Both the position numbers and the translations under genes were made by a program. The notes beneath the pieces are model-generated. The model was not told the origin of the DNA. It worked only from the letters and a program-made list of their open reading frames with translations, and did no database searches. Positions 53,707 to 63,014 of a stretch of 64,000 nt of DNA are shown here, one piece after another. Positions within the stretch are counted from its first letter, which is position 1. Each line of letters opens with the position of its first letter. The stretch lies in the IMG/VR virus record IMGVR_UViG_3300017963_000216, positions 33,863 through 97,862 of that record, one strand, 5' to 3'. This stretch comes from a virus. Its lineage: Duplodnaviria; Heunggongvirae; Uroviricota; Caudoviricetes.

Positions 53707-55539
53707 TTATCGGTCCTCTTTGTTCAGGTCTTTGCCATCACCACGAGTCTTGTCAGTCTTCTTGGCCTCGGTGGTGGTGTCGTTTGCCTCGTCTCGTTCG
53801 GTCTTGCCAGAAGTCTTATCAGGGTCGACGTCGGGTAGTCCGCGTGCAGCCGCGTTGTCCACCGAGTCAGCCCTGATCTTCTCCTGGGCTTCCATGATGC
53901 GGGTCGCGCGATCAATGTGATCCTCGCGAGCCTTCTTATATTCGTCGTCGTCGAAGCCTGTGGCCTCGGAGCCGGTCTCTTCGCCGCATAGGCCAGCTTC
54001 CACCAACCGGATGATGGTCTCTGGATCGGATGTAGTGTAGCCCGCTTCGTCGATCTCTTTGAAGATCGTGTCGATGGTGTCGGTGGGCACCCTGCCAGCC
54101 AGCAGAGCGGTCACGATGGTCTTCGACAGTTCTTTCTTCACGGTCGTTCCAGGAACGGCGTACATGAGTTCCGACAGAGCTGTGGCTTCCTTGACCCGGT
54201 CTTCGTCGTTCTTCAGGCTGTAACGGTCAGGGTACTTGATGGTGGCGATCTGCCGCTTGTCGTAGTCCTTGCTCTCGTACGCTGCCCAATGCTCGGCGAT
54301 CTGCCTCTCGGCACTTTCCATGACCAAGCCGATGTAAGAAAGACCAGCTTCTAGGCCCTGGTCCGACAGCTTCATGGCTTCTGCTGATATTGCCCGCTGG
54401 CCCATCTTGTTCTGCACAGCGAGGTTTACCAACTTCCGAATATCGTCCTCAATCTTCTCCTGAAGCTTTATGGACGCCAAAAGCGGTTCTGAACTAGGGT
54501 GAATGAAGCTGGGTGCTTCTGCCTTTAAGTCATAAGTACGACCGTGAGTCACGCCTGAGCGTTCCTGCGTACCGGCCTCACTGTTGTCGGATGTTTCGGT
54601 GGACCCGTCGTCGTTGACGTGTCGCTTCAAGTGACCGCCAACCGCCCGCGCGTCGATCTGCTCGATGTAGAACGGGAAGTTTGCTTTGAGTGCGTAGGAG
54701 ACATCGCTAGAACCGAGGTTCAAGAGTGCTGATTGATGCTTGTAGACGTCCTTCAGCAGGCTCCCTCTGATGTTGAGCATGGTGAACGGGATACGAGTCA
54801 GTTCCAGCGGGATGATGCCATCGCCGCCCTTGATTTCGTTGCCTTGCAGGTCGAGCAGATTGTCTTCTTCGTCCATCAGCTTCATCTTGACTTGTCGGTC
54901 GACAGGGTCGATCCAGATGAAGCGGTACCGCGTGTATCCGCCGCTGGGCAGGTAAGCACCGTGGGCGAAGCCTTGGTTGTAGTCTACGCCACGGTCTCGC
55001 AGCAGAACGGCGGTGAAATCGCCGGGCTCTTCCGGTTTGGCCACTGCCCAGGACAGAATGTCTTCCACTCGGTACATGTAGCAGTAAGGTCGTGCGTTTC
55101 CCTCGTCCGCCATCGTGCGGAGTCCGGACAGTTGAGGCATGTCAGTGTAGACACCGGAGCGACCCATGACCAACAGTTCGGTCAAGACGTCGATGCCGAG
55201 GAAGCTCTGCATCGAGCTGCCTTTGTTGTCCACGCCGCCAATCTCGCCAGCGGTGGCTCGCATGTAGTTGTCGCTGCCACCGCGACGGGTCACGTCACGG
55301 AGCCGCTGGAAAATACTGTTTCGGACGTCATTGACAGCCGCTTTGGCGTACGACGGGATAGGAGTGATGTCGCGACGGTTGTAGAAGTCCTTCTTCGACT
55401 CGCTGTCGTGCTGCTTCAGGTTCTTACGAACAAACCGAGGGCCACCATTGTAAGTGTCACGCCAATCAAACCAGTACAGCTCGTCTTCCAAGTATTCGGG
55501 ATGGCGGATGGAGGTGAGAAATTTGCTGTCGCGTGTCAT
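53707..55539 (-). CDS. portal protein
   Basis: 610 aa with acidic C-terminal tail, immediately downstream of the terminase/HNH genes. Confidence 0.65.
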   Translation of the reverse strand: MTRDSKFLTSIRHPEYLEDELYWFDWRDTYNGGPRFVRKNLKQHDSESKKDFYNRRDITPIPSYAKAAVNDVRNSIFQRLRDVTRRGGSDNYMRATAGEIGGVDNKGSSMQSFLGIDVLTELLVMGRSGVYTDMPQLSGLRTMADEGNARPYCYMYRVEDILSWAVAKPEEPGDFTAVLLRDRGVDYNQGFAHGAYLPSGGYTRYRFIWIDPVDRQVKMKLMDEEDNLLDLQGNEIKGGDGIIPLELTRIPFTMLNIRGSLLKDVYKHQSALLNLGSSDVSYALKANFPFYIEQIDARAVGGHLKRHVNDDGSTETSDNSEAGTQERSGVTHGRTYDLKAEAPSFIHPSSEPLLASIKLQEKIEDDIRKLVNLAVQNKMGQRAISAEAMKLSDQGLEAGLSYIGLVMESAERQIAEHWAAYESKDYDKRQIATIKYPDRYSLKNDEDRVKEATALSELMYAVPGTTVKKELSKTIVTALLAGRVPTDTIDTIFKEIDEAGYTTSDPETIIRLVEAGLCGEETGSEATGFDDDEYKKAREDHIDRATRIMEAQEKIRADSVDNAAARGLPDVDPDKTSGKTERDEANDTTTEAKKTDKTRGDGKDLNKEDR

Positions 55540-56000
55540 CAGTTTTCCTCTAAGTATTTGAGAGCGGCTCGCAGAGCAGCAGGGTCATCGTCTACCATGC
55601 CTAACATTGTGTTGCAACGGTTGCACAAAATACCACGCACATGTCCATCCTTATGACAGTGATCTACGTGAAACTGAGCCCACCTTCCTTTTGGCTTTTC
55701 CGAGCCGCATATCTTGCACTTTCCGCCTTGAGAGGCGAGAAGAAGGGAGTAGTCTTCTAAGGACATCCCGTAAGCCCTTTGCAGTCTGCAATTCCTTCCA
55801 GCCTGTGAGCTGCTGTGTTCCTGTGCTCTTTTACAGTTGCAAACTTTACATCTGCTGCACAGCCCCTTGCGACCGTCCTTCGCTTTGTGAAACTCAGTGG
55901 TGGGTTTTATCTCGTCGCACCCGGAGCAGACTTTTGTGCCTGCTGTTTCCAGCAACTTCAGCTTGTTGAGTTGTTCTCTTCGTGCCTTAGTTGCCGCCAT
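55539..56000 (-). CDS. HNH endonuclease, endonuclease VII-like
   Basis: HVDHCHKDGHVRGILCNRCN plus upstream CxxC pairs, inserted between the terminase large subunit and portal genes. Confidence 0.65.
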   Translation of the reverse strand: MAATKARREQLNKLKLLETAGTKVCSGCDEIKPTTEFHKAKDGRKGLCSRCKVCNCKRAQEHSSSQAGRNCRLQRAYGMSLEDYSLLLASQGGKCKICGSEKPKGRWAQFHVDHCHKDGHVRGILCNRCNTMLGMVDDDPAALRAALKYLEEN

Positions 56001-57662
56001 TTATAATACCTTCTCGTCAATGTCGCCGCCAGAAACGATATTGGCCGCCAGTGGCAGGGCTATCTCCGCATAATTGAATGCATGAGCAAAGTGATCGGGC
56101 CCGTTGTTCAAATAGACCGCCTTGCTGTTTCCTAACTCGTCCTTCTCGTACGTTCGCACGAGGGCCTTCAGATGATCCTTGAACTCCAACGAGGTGTCGG
56201 CAGGGATGGTTACTCTGTCTGAGTGGAACCGCCCCATCGAGGCGTCCAGCCAGTTCGTGCGATCCACGGTCACGAGAGCGGCTCCGCTGTCTTCTTCAGC
56301 TATCTGAAGCTCTTTGCCGGTCACACCTCGCCGGTATCGGCATAGGTAGACGTAGCCTGGGAACCGTCGGGCGAACCGCCGCGCGTCGTTGATCTGCGGG
56401 TCCGCGTCGATCACGCACGCCTTGACTTGCCACTCCCGCATCAGCGGGTCGAGGTGCTTGAAGTCGTCGCCCGGCAGCTTGCCTTCCCACAGGATCTTGG
56501 CCTCGGCGGTGGCGTTGACGTCGTAATAGCCGTGCAGCTCGTATTCGACCACAACCACGTGATTCTGCTTACCTTGGTCGACACCCATCACGATGCACTT
56601 GTCGGTGCCGATCTGAGGTCGCTGGTTAGCCTTAAAATAGTTGCGCACTGCCGTCTGGATCTCGTCTTCGGTGATCTGCCCGCCATCCGGGATGTACGGC
56701 AGCCCCAGCTTCGAGTTCCAGAACTCGACCATGGCCGCTTCGTCGCCGATGCCTCGAAAGTGCGCCAGTGCCAGTTCGGCGGGCGTCACAGTGTACGAGT
56801 ACATCTGGTTGACGTAGAAGCTGCGGTGGTCCTCTTCTACTTGTACAGTGTTCTCCCAGAAGGCCTTCTTCAGGAAGTCAGGCTTCTCTTCGTGGTCGAT
56901 TCGCCCTTTGCACTCCTTGCACTTCAGGTGGGATCGCTTCACGTCGGGGTCGGTGATCGTCTCGCCGCAGATCTCCAAGCACTCAGGGAAGATGAACTCG
57001 GTTCGCCTTCCACACCGAGGGCACTTGAAGTAGAAGTGCTCTTGGGTGCCTTGCAGGAACAGCTTGTGGATGCCGAACTGCGGGATCGTCGGGGTGCTCA
57101 GCGAGTGGACGGTCTTGTGGAGCTGACCGGACAGCCGCTCCAGGGCGAGCCAGATGGCTCTCTGATCCATTTCGTCCGCTTCGTCCAGCACCAGCACGGA
57201 TACCGGAATCGACTTCAGGTTGCTGTCGCCGCGCGAGCCTCTGATATAGAGGTTCACGCCGCCAGCTTGCTTGAGGCCGACCGTGTTTGTGTCTGTAAAT
57301 AAGTCCTTCAGGTAAGGGCTGTTCATCAGTGCGGTGCTGAACCGCGACTTGCTGAAGTCACTAGCGTTCAATGCGGTGGGCAGGACGTAAAGTACGTCCC
57401 GCTTGAGCACATCGACTGTGAAGAAGGCGAGGTTGATTGCTACCTCTGTGAGCCCCAACTGGGCTGCCTTCATCGTGCTGTTGTAACTCGCTTGCGAGTC
57501 GTGGATGTCTCGGCACCAAGGGTGGTACTTGAAGCTGTAAGGACCGGGGAAAGGTTCACCCATGATTCTGCGGTGCTCCACCCAGCGGCTGCAAGACGTC
57601 AGTGTGCGAGACACCAGTCCTGAGTTGAGTGCTTCACCAAAAGCATCGAGTAAACCTCCCAT
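56001..57662 (-). CDS. terminase large subunit
   Basis: 553 aa; Walker B VLVLDEADEM; C-terminal RNaseH-like nuclease region with acidic residues (VIDADPQ). Confidence 0.75.
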   Translation of the reverse strand: MGGLLDAFGEALNSGLVSRTLTSCSRWVEHRRIMGEPFPGPYSFKYHPWCRDIHDSQASYNSTMKAAQLGLTEVAINLAFFTVDVLKRDVLYVLPTALNASDFSKSRFSTALMNSPYLKDLFTDTNTVGLKQAGGVNLYIRGSRGDSNLKSIPVSVLVLDEADEMDQRAIWLALERLSGQLHKTVHSLSTPTIPQFGIHKLFLQGTQEHFYFKCPRCGRRTEFIFPECLEICGETITDPDVKRSHLKCKECKGRIDHEEKPDFLKKAFWENTVQVEEDHRSFYVNQMYSYTVTPAELALAHFRGIGDEAAMVEFWNSKLGLPYIPDGGQITEDEIQTAVRNYFKANQRPQIGTDKCIVMGVDQGKQNHVVVVEYELHGYYDVNATAEAKILWEGKLPGDDFKHLDPLMREWQVKACVIDADPQINDARRFARRFPGYVYLCRYRRGVTGKELQIAEEDSGAALVTVDRTNWLDASMGRFHSDRVTIPADTSLEFKDHLKALVRTYEKDELGNSKAVYLNNGPDHFAHAFNYAEIALPLAANIVSGGDIDEKVL

Positions 57663-57670
57663 AACATCCT

Positions 57671-58117
57671 CTACAGTTCGAGTTCCTTGCCCATGTCGGC
57701 GGGCTTGCCCATATCGGCGGGCTTGTCTTCCACCTTGGCTGGCTTCGCTGGCTTCGCTGCTTTAGCCTTCTTCGCCTTGTCTGCCTTCGCCTTGGCTTCT
57801 CCACGCTCCTTAGCGTCACGCACTCGTCGCTCGGCGTCCTTCTTCTGCCGTTCCTTCAGCTCCGCTTCCTGCTTCTCCAGGTCGACCTTCTTCATGTGGT
57901 CTTCGACTTCCAGGAGGCCCCACTGCTTCGACCAGATCTTGCCCTGGCACAACACTTCGTAGTTGCCCCGGCCACGGTCTTTGATCGGCTCGATGATGGC
58001 TTCACAGACGTCGTCGTCGACTTCCAGCTCGCCACGGGTGCAGAGGACAACTACGTTGTCGCCCGGTCGGGTCGTGAGTCGCAGTGTGACGCGAGGCCAT
58101 GGATTAGGAATCTTCAT
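57671..58117 (-). CDS. terminase small subunit-like protein with Lys-rich repetitive C-terminus
   Basis: Internal ATG (MKIPNPW) with GGAG RBS; C-terminal KAKADKAKKAKAAKPAKPAKVEDKPADMGKPADMGK. Confidence 0.4.
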   Translation of the reverse strand: MKIPNPWPRVTLRLTTRPGDNVVVLCTRGELEVDDDVCEAIIEPIKDRGRGNYEVLCQGKIWSKQWGLLEVEDHMKKVDLEKQEAELKERQKKDAERRVRDAKERGEAKAKADKAKKAKAAKPAKPAKVEDKPADMGKPADMGKELEL

Positions 58118-58439
58118 ATTTGTTGGGCTCCAGTAAGAGTAGCGGGGCGATTGTGATGATGAACTCAAGGATGGCTGGCCAGTTGGCCTTGAACCAATCC
58201 CAAAGGTTGGCGAAGATGTCTCGGAAGCCCAAACTCATCAGCCGATCAGGGCCTTCGTACGGGTTGAGACGAGCTTCTTTGATCTTGGCCTCTAACTGGC
58301 GAACACCCTCTTCGGTGCCGACAACGTCCAACACCTTCGCGTAGTCGCGGTAGTGCAGGTTACCAGAGTCCAGCTCTTTGCGAGCCCTCCGCATCGTTCG
58401 GCGTTGAAGCTTTCTGAGTCGTCTCGGCAGTCGTTTCAT
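58104..58439 (-). CDS. hypothetical protein with C-terminal TM
   Basis: Arg-rich N-terminus, C-terminal WPAILEFIITIAPLLLL. Confidence 0.4.
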   Translation of the reverse strand: MKRLPRRLRKLQRRTMRRARKELDSGNLHYRDYAKVLDVVGTEEGVRQLEAKIKEARLNPYEGPDRLMSLGFRDIFANLWDWFKANWPAILEFIITIAPLLLLEPNKYEDS

Positions 58440-58726
58440 TCTTCTTCTCCGGTGGATTCGTCAAGTTCTCGGTATACCTTCAGGATGATGAGCATCCACA
58501 GGTTTGAGCAGGCGATTGTAGCCAAGTAGGCGGTCATTCCGTGGTACAGCACTGGAGCGGCCAGCCAGAAGCCCAGGCAGATTGGACAGTAAAGTAGGTC
58601 GAAGTTCAGGAACTCTCGGACAGGGTGGAACAGCTTACTCTCGCTGAACAAACAAGACAGGACGGCTACGCCCATACCCCACATCATGTATACGCCTAGG
58701 ATGTCTATCATGTCAAGAATGTCCAA
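58436..58726 (-). CDS. small membrane protein (3 TM; holin-like candidate)
   Basis: 96 aa with three hydrophobic segments and a charged C-terminus. Confidence 0.4.
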   Translation of the reverse strand: MDILDMIDILGVYMMWGMGVAVLSCLFSESKLFHPVREFLNFDLLYCPICLGFWLAAPVLYHGMTAYLATIACSNLWMLIILKVYRELDESTGEEE

Positions 58727-59886
58727 CCCTTAGCGATCAGATTGTTCTTGGCTGTTATTGCGGCAGCGCTTCTGTTTACATCATCAGCATAAGCCGCCAA
58801 CCTCAAATCTATTGCTTTGGTTGGTCCACTCTGTGAACCAGACGCATCTATGTTGATATATATCTGGTCTATGACAGTGGCATCTTTGAGTGAGGACATC
58901 TGTCTTCCAGCAAAGTAATCAAAGTTGACCCACTCTGGGTGTACCACTATATCTGTGCAATACCAACTAGATACAGGCGTGAGCCGTTCCATGCTTACCC
59001 ACTCTGGGTACGTGGGAATTGTGTGGATTCTATACGCGCCAATTGAAAATGCTTTCAAATTGACCCACGTTGGGCTTGTTGTTAATTCGTACTCTGGTAC
59101 AGTCGGGTTACCACCAGCTTGTAAGTCTATATTTTCCACCTTGGGCAATTCGTAACCAATGTCTATATGTTCCCACTGGCTATACCCAGCCTTTAGTTCA
59201 AGCAACTCAGGCAGATCACAAAGTGTGAGAGTTTGGCCACTTATTTCCCTGTTGTAAGATACATCTATATTCTGTAACTTCGTCCAAGTCGCTGGGATTG
59301 TGATGTGCTCCATTCTGGAGTACGAACATATGAAATCGGTTAGGTTTGGCCAATCTCTGAGGACGAAACCACCCGCTATTGTTGAAAGTGAACCAGCGAT
59401 TGATAGGTATTCCATACTCGGCCAGTCAAAGGACGGTATGTTCACGTCAGAACCAGAAACATCGAGCCGCCACAGATTAGGCCAGTCTTGCAAACCAGTA
59501 AACTCTGTAAAAGGGTAGTTGCTGAACAGACGAATATCCTCAAAGTTTGACCACTTTGAAGAATTCTTCATGGTGACGGACGTCACACTGTCAGAAACAC
59601 AATACAGAAGGGTCTGGTTACCAACCGGTACTTTACAAGTGGCCGTGCCACCTAGGGCTGAAGACCAAGTTATAGTGATGCTTCCTGATGTGGACGAGGT
59701 TCTGACGTCTGTTACACCAGTTGCGGCATCTGTGCATTTCCACTCCAACGCCTGTTGGTTACTATCATCCCGCAGTGTTATAGCCACATTGGACTGTGTG
59801 TTTGTAATCGTGATTGTGTTAGGCTTACTTCCGGCTTTGGAAAAGCGTCGCCCTCGGTCTATCATGTCGGCTCGTCTCATATCCAA
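58708..59886 (-). CDS. leucine-rich-repeat-like protein (paralog A)
   Basis: W-x-x-L ~22-aa repeats. Conserved N-terminus MRRADMIDRGRR and C-terminus DVNRSAAAITAKNNLIAKGW shared with paralog B. Confidence 0.55.
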   Translation of the reverse strand: MDMRRADMIDRGRRFSKAGSKPNTITITNTQSNVAITLRDDSNQQALEWKCTDAATGVTDVRTSSTSGSITITWSSALGGTATCKVPVGNQTLLYCVSDSVTSVTMKNSSKWSNFEDIRLFSNYPFTEFTGLQDWPNLWRLDVSGSDVNIPSFDWPSMEYLSIAGSLSTIAGGFVLRDWPNLTDFICSYSRMEHITIPATWTKLQNIDVSYNREISGQTLTLCDLPELLELKAGYSQWEHIDIGYELPKVENIDLQAGGNPTVPEYELTTSPTWVNLKAFSIGAYRIHTIPTYPEWVSMERLTPVSSWYCTDIVVHPEWVNFDYFAGRQMSSLKDATVIDQIYINIDASGSQSGPTKAIDLRLAAYADDVNRSAAAITAKNNLIAKGWTFLT

Positions 59887-59898
59887 TCCTGCTCCAAG

Positions 59899-60978
59899 CT
59901 ACGTGCTTACTATGACCCAGCCCCTAGTGACGAGATTGGTCTTGGCGGTTGCTGCGGCGGCACTGCGGTCCACGTCTGCGCTGCCGGGGTTGTCCTGATA
60001 CCAGAAGGTGCCCGTGGCTTTACCGGCGTCGTCGAGAGCGATCAGCAAAGCGTCAATCGTAGTTGCATCCAAGTTATTATCGTGGCAGTAGCAAGTGTTC
60101 AACGCAACCATTGTGTCGTGCAGGTTAAACGAAGTCAGATTGCACGCATGAACATAGAGTATGTACAACTTCGTCCAGGTGTCGTGAGTCTCAAGGCTAG
60201 TCATGCCAAGGTTATTGTTGATAGCCAAGTCATAAATCTCAGTCCACTCTGGATGTGTCTCCAAGCTGGTTATGCCAGTGCTGTTGACATACAGTCGCTT
60301 CAGGTTCGTCCATGTGTTGTATGTGTCAACTGCTGTCAGGGTTGAGTTGACATACAGGTCGAGTCGTTCAAGGCTTGTCCATCCTGGGTGAGTCTCGAAC
60401 GAAATCAGCTTATTGTTGTTGGCACGCAGCGTGACGAGGCTTGACCAAGTATTGTGCGTTGTAACCGTCTGCAAACCGCCACCCAGTTGACTGAATAAAT
60501 ACACCTCACGTAAATTCACCCAGGAACTATGCCCAACAAAATCAGTCAAGTAATTGACGTGCACCCAGATCAGGTCCAGGTTCACCCATGTGTCGAATGT
60601 GTCTATCTCGGTGAGTTCATTCGAGGATATTCGCAGGTCTGCAAGGTTAGTATACTTTCCTTGCCACACGATGTTTGTCAGTTTCTCGCCGGACGCTTCG
60701 AGGTTAACCAGGATCTTATCCAGCTTGACTTTTACATAGTTGTCTGGCGCATTGTCAGGACTGAAGGTGTGGTTTATACCTGTCCCGACATAGGTATCGC
60801 CATCGCTGAACTTCCAGGTTATCGCTCCAGGCGGGTCAGTGACGGTTGAAGATACTATGTCGCTACCAGAAGTGTATAAAGCGAACTTGCCGAACTTACC
60901 ACCGGCTGGTGCGAGGCGTCTGCCTCTGTCGACCATGTCTGCACGTCGCATCATTCGTCGTCCCACTCGGGCTGCCAT
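59899..60978 (-). CDS. leucine-rich-repeat-like protein (paralog B)
   Basis: Seven ~22-aa repeats WTxLxxLxVxxNxLTSLETH; conserved termini with paralog A. Confidence 0.55.
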   Translation of the reverse strand: MAARVGRRMMRRADMVDRGRRLAPAGGKFGKFALYTSGSDIVSSTVTDPPGAITWKFSDGDTYVGTGINHTFSPDNAPDNYVKVKLDKILVNLEASGEKLTNIVWQGKYTNLADLRISSNELTEIDTFDTWVNLDLIWVHVNYLTDFVGHSSWVNLREVYLFSQLGGGLQTVTTHNTWSSLVTLRANNNKLISFETHPGWTSLERLDLYVNSTLTAVDTYNTWTNLKRLYVNSTGITSLETHPEWTEIYDLAINNNLGMTSLETHDTWTKLYILYVHACNLTSFNLHDTMVALNTCYCHDNNLDATTIDALLIALDDAGKATGTFWYQDNPGSADVDRSAAAATAKTNLVTRGWVIVST

Positions 60979-61238
60979 GTCTCTGGAAGCATCATGTCTT
61001 TGACTCGCTTCACATTCTCAGAGTCGCCTTTGGTCTTGCCATCGGTGAACAACCCCTCGAAGGTCTTCGACCGTACCAGCTCGTACATGTCATTGTTGTA
61101 CGTCATATCGGCGGTGGCGTTATCTTCGTCGTCGCCGTCGAGGATCAGGTGCAGAGTGTTGTCACTCCGTTTGAACAAGGCACAGTATTTACTGTTGGGC
61201 TTGTCGGAGACCTTGACCTTCTTAATGTCCGCGCTCAT
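60951..61238 (-). CDS. hypothetical acidic protein
   Basis: 95-aa ORF. Confidence 0.45.
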   Translation of the reverse strand: MSADIKKVKVSDKPNSKYCALFKRSDNTLHLILDGDDEDNATADMTYNNDMYELVRSKTFEGLFTDGKTKGDSENVKRVKDMMLPETWQPEWDDE

Positions 61239-61543
61239 AGCATGATCCAGTGTATGACGTCGTTGGCGGTTGCGTTGTTAGCGTAAACAGCGCAAGGGTT
61301 TTCAACGGGCAGGAACAGTTGGTCGCCAGCTTCCATCGGGAAGCCGCAGCCAGCCGCTGTGATCACGTTGCCAGCACCAATGTTGCCGACGTAGATAGTG
61401 CCACCGTTGTCGATGCCAGCTCGGAGCTGGATGCCCTTCAGCGGCTTGACGGTCGACCCACACACTTGAGCGGGGACGTTGGCGGTTGTTAGGTTGGTGG
61501 TGCCGTGGACCAGTACGTCGGACACGTCTTTCTCAATGTGCAT
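61235..61543 (-). CDS. hypothetical protein
   Basis: 102-aa ORF, ATGA-coupled. Confidence 0.45.
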   Translation of the reverse strand: MHIEKDVSDVLVHGTTNLTTANVPAQVCGSTVKPLKGIQLRAGIDNGGTIYVGNIGAGNVITAAGCGFPMEAGDQLFLPVENPCAVYANNATANDVIHWIML

Positions 61544-61545
61544 GT

Positions 61546-62001
61546 TCAGCCTTTCAGTGCCATTCTGTTGTCAACGTACTTGACGATGTCTTCCGCACGC
61601 CAGTAGGTCTTCTGTTGGAGGTAAGTGCCCTTGTAGTAGATCCGGATGGTCGGTACCTTCTTCACGTCCTTGGGCGGCTTGTCAGTGTCATAGTCCTTGA
61701 CAGTGACTGTGAAGCCCGCTTTCACCAGAGCCGGTAGCTCGGTGGCTTTGTATCTTCGACAGGGTCCGCACCAGCTTGCGGTCCAGACTTCGACGATGTA
61801 GCAGGATCGGTCGGTTCGGGGCGTCTGCTCAGGTCCAGCCAGTCGTTGATGATCGCGTACAGCTGGTCCAGCTTCGACCACGACACTCCCTGTATCAAGG
61901 TGGCGCGTAGCAGACGCTTCAGTCGTAACCAGAGCTGAGTGAGCGACAAATAGCGCGAGACAGATGTAAATCGCGGCAAAGCCATTGAGTAACCTCTTCA
62001 T
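61546..62001 (-). CDS. secreted thioredoxin-like protein
   Basis: Signal peptide MKRLLNGFAAIYICLALFVAHSALV; WCGPC thioredoxin active-site motif. Confidence 0.6.
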   Translation of the reverse strand: MKRLLNGFAAIYICLALFVAHSALVTTEASATRHLDTGSVVVEAGPAVRDHQRLAGPEQTPRTDRSCYIVEVWTASWCGPCRRYKATELPALVKAGFTVTVKDYDTDKPPKDVKKVPTIRIYYKGTYLQQKTYWRAEDIVKYVDNRMALKG

Positions 62002-62008
62002 GGTGACC

Positions 62009-63010
62009 TCAAAATAGGATGTACGGAGGGATGTTCAATTTCGGGTATCCGACATACGCGGACAACGCGAACGAGTCGCCTTGCCGCAACATGTAGTCGA
62101 CGGTCTTGGCATCGATCCAGAACGACCCAGCGGGCTGTTCTAGTCGCGTAGGGCCTTCGATCCATCCATAACCCCAGGAGTTGATGCATAACGCACCTGG
62201 GCGGCGGTATTTGTCGTCGTAACCACCAAACATCATGCAGTGCATCCAAGGCTTCCGCTTTCGCGTCAAAAAGCCCTCAGAGTCTCTGCGGCAGACTTTA
62301 CCGTTTCCGAAGCCAACGTTCGAGCAAACCACAACAGGGTGCCCGTTGGCGATGCAGTCGCGGAGGTCGGAGTAAGATCGGCAAATGGCGACCTTCTTAA
62401 CCGGGTGAAGCTTCGTCAGAGGCTCTAAAGCGTCTGGGCAACCCGTTCGGCCATACTCGACCGATTTCTGCGCGTCGTAAGTCGTGAAGTCGTACCCGCC
62501 TGGGTACTCTTGCCTCAAAAGTATACCGTAGCGTGAAATCCACTCTGCACCCCAGTGACCGGTGCTTCCGCCGCCGCGTCCGGTGTAACCACCGATTTCA
62601 ACGCGGGAACCGCCGTAGATGGGCTCTGTGGCGGCTTTGCCCTTCCACATCTCGGGCTTTCGCTCCAGAACGATCTGGATGGCCGACACGAAGTCGACTC
62701 CGAGTGCGAATCCTTGCGAGACACAGTCAGGGGCCTTCTGGTTGTGCGGGACGAGCTTCTGGCCCATCACGCGTTCCAAGGCCTTCCAGAGCAGGACAGT
62801 CTTGCCTTTGCCGCTGCCCTTGATCGATTCGTTCAGGTTGGTGACGTAGGGGTTCTTATGACGACGTATGAAATCTTTGAGAGACGTTTCGTTCGGTGTC
62901 CACCCGAACTGACTGTTGGAGGGCGTGAACAAGCCAGCCGAAGCTGCCTTGGGAAGTAGCAAACCACTCGCGGTGGCTGCCATGCCTTTCAGTGCGTCTC
63001 GTCGGTCCAT
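62009..63010 (-). CDS. Tat-exported papain-like (C1-type) cysteine peptidase
   Basis: Twin-arginine signal MDRRDALKGMAATASGLLLPKAASA; Q..C in NQKAPDCVSQG; His region GHPVVVCSNVGFG; C-terminal CINSWGYGW (the NSWG motif). Confidence 0.55.
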   Translation of the reverse strand: MDRRDALKGMAATASGLLLPKAASAGLFTPSNSQFGWTPNETSLKDFIRRHKNPYVTNLNESIKGSGKGKTVLLWKALERVMGQKLVPHNQKAPDCVSQGFALGVDFVSAIQIVLERKPEMWKGKAATEPIYGGSRVEIGGYTGRGGGSTGHWGAEWISRYGILLRQEYPGGYDFTTYDAQKSVEYGRTGCPDALEPLTKLHPVKKVAICRSYSDLRDCIANGHPVVVCSNVGFGNGKVCRRDSEGFLTRKRKPWMHCMMFGGYDDKYRRPGALCINSWGYGWIEGPTRLEQPAGSFWIDAKTVDYMLRQGDSFALSAYVGYPKLNIPPYILF

Positions 63011-63014
63011 GTCG

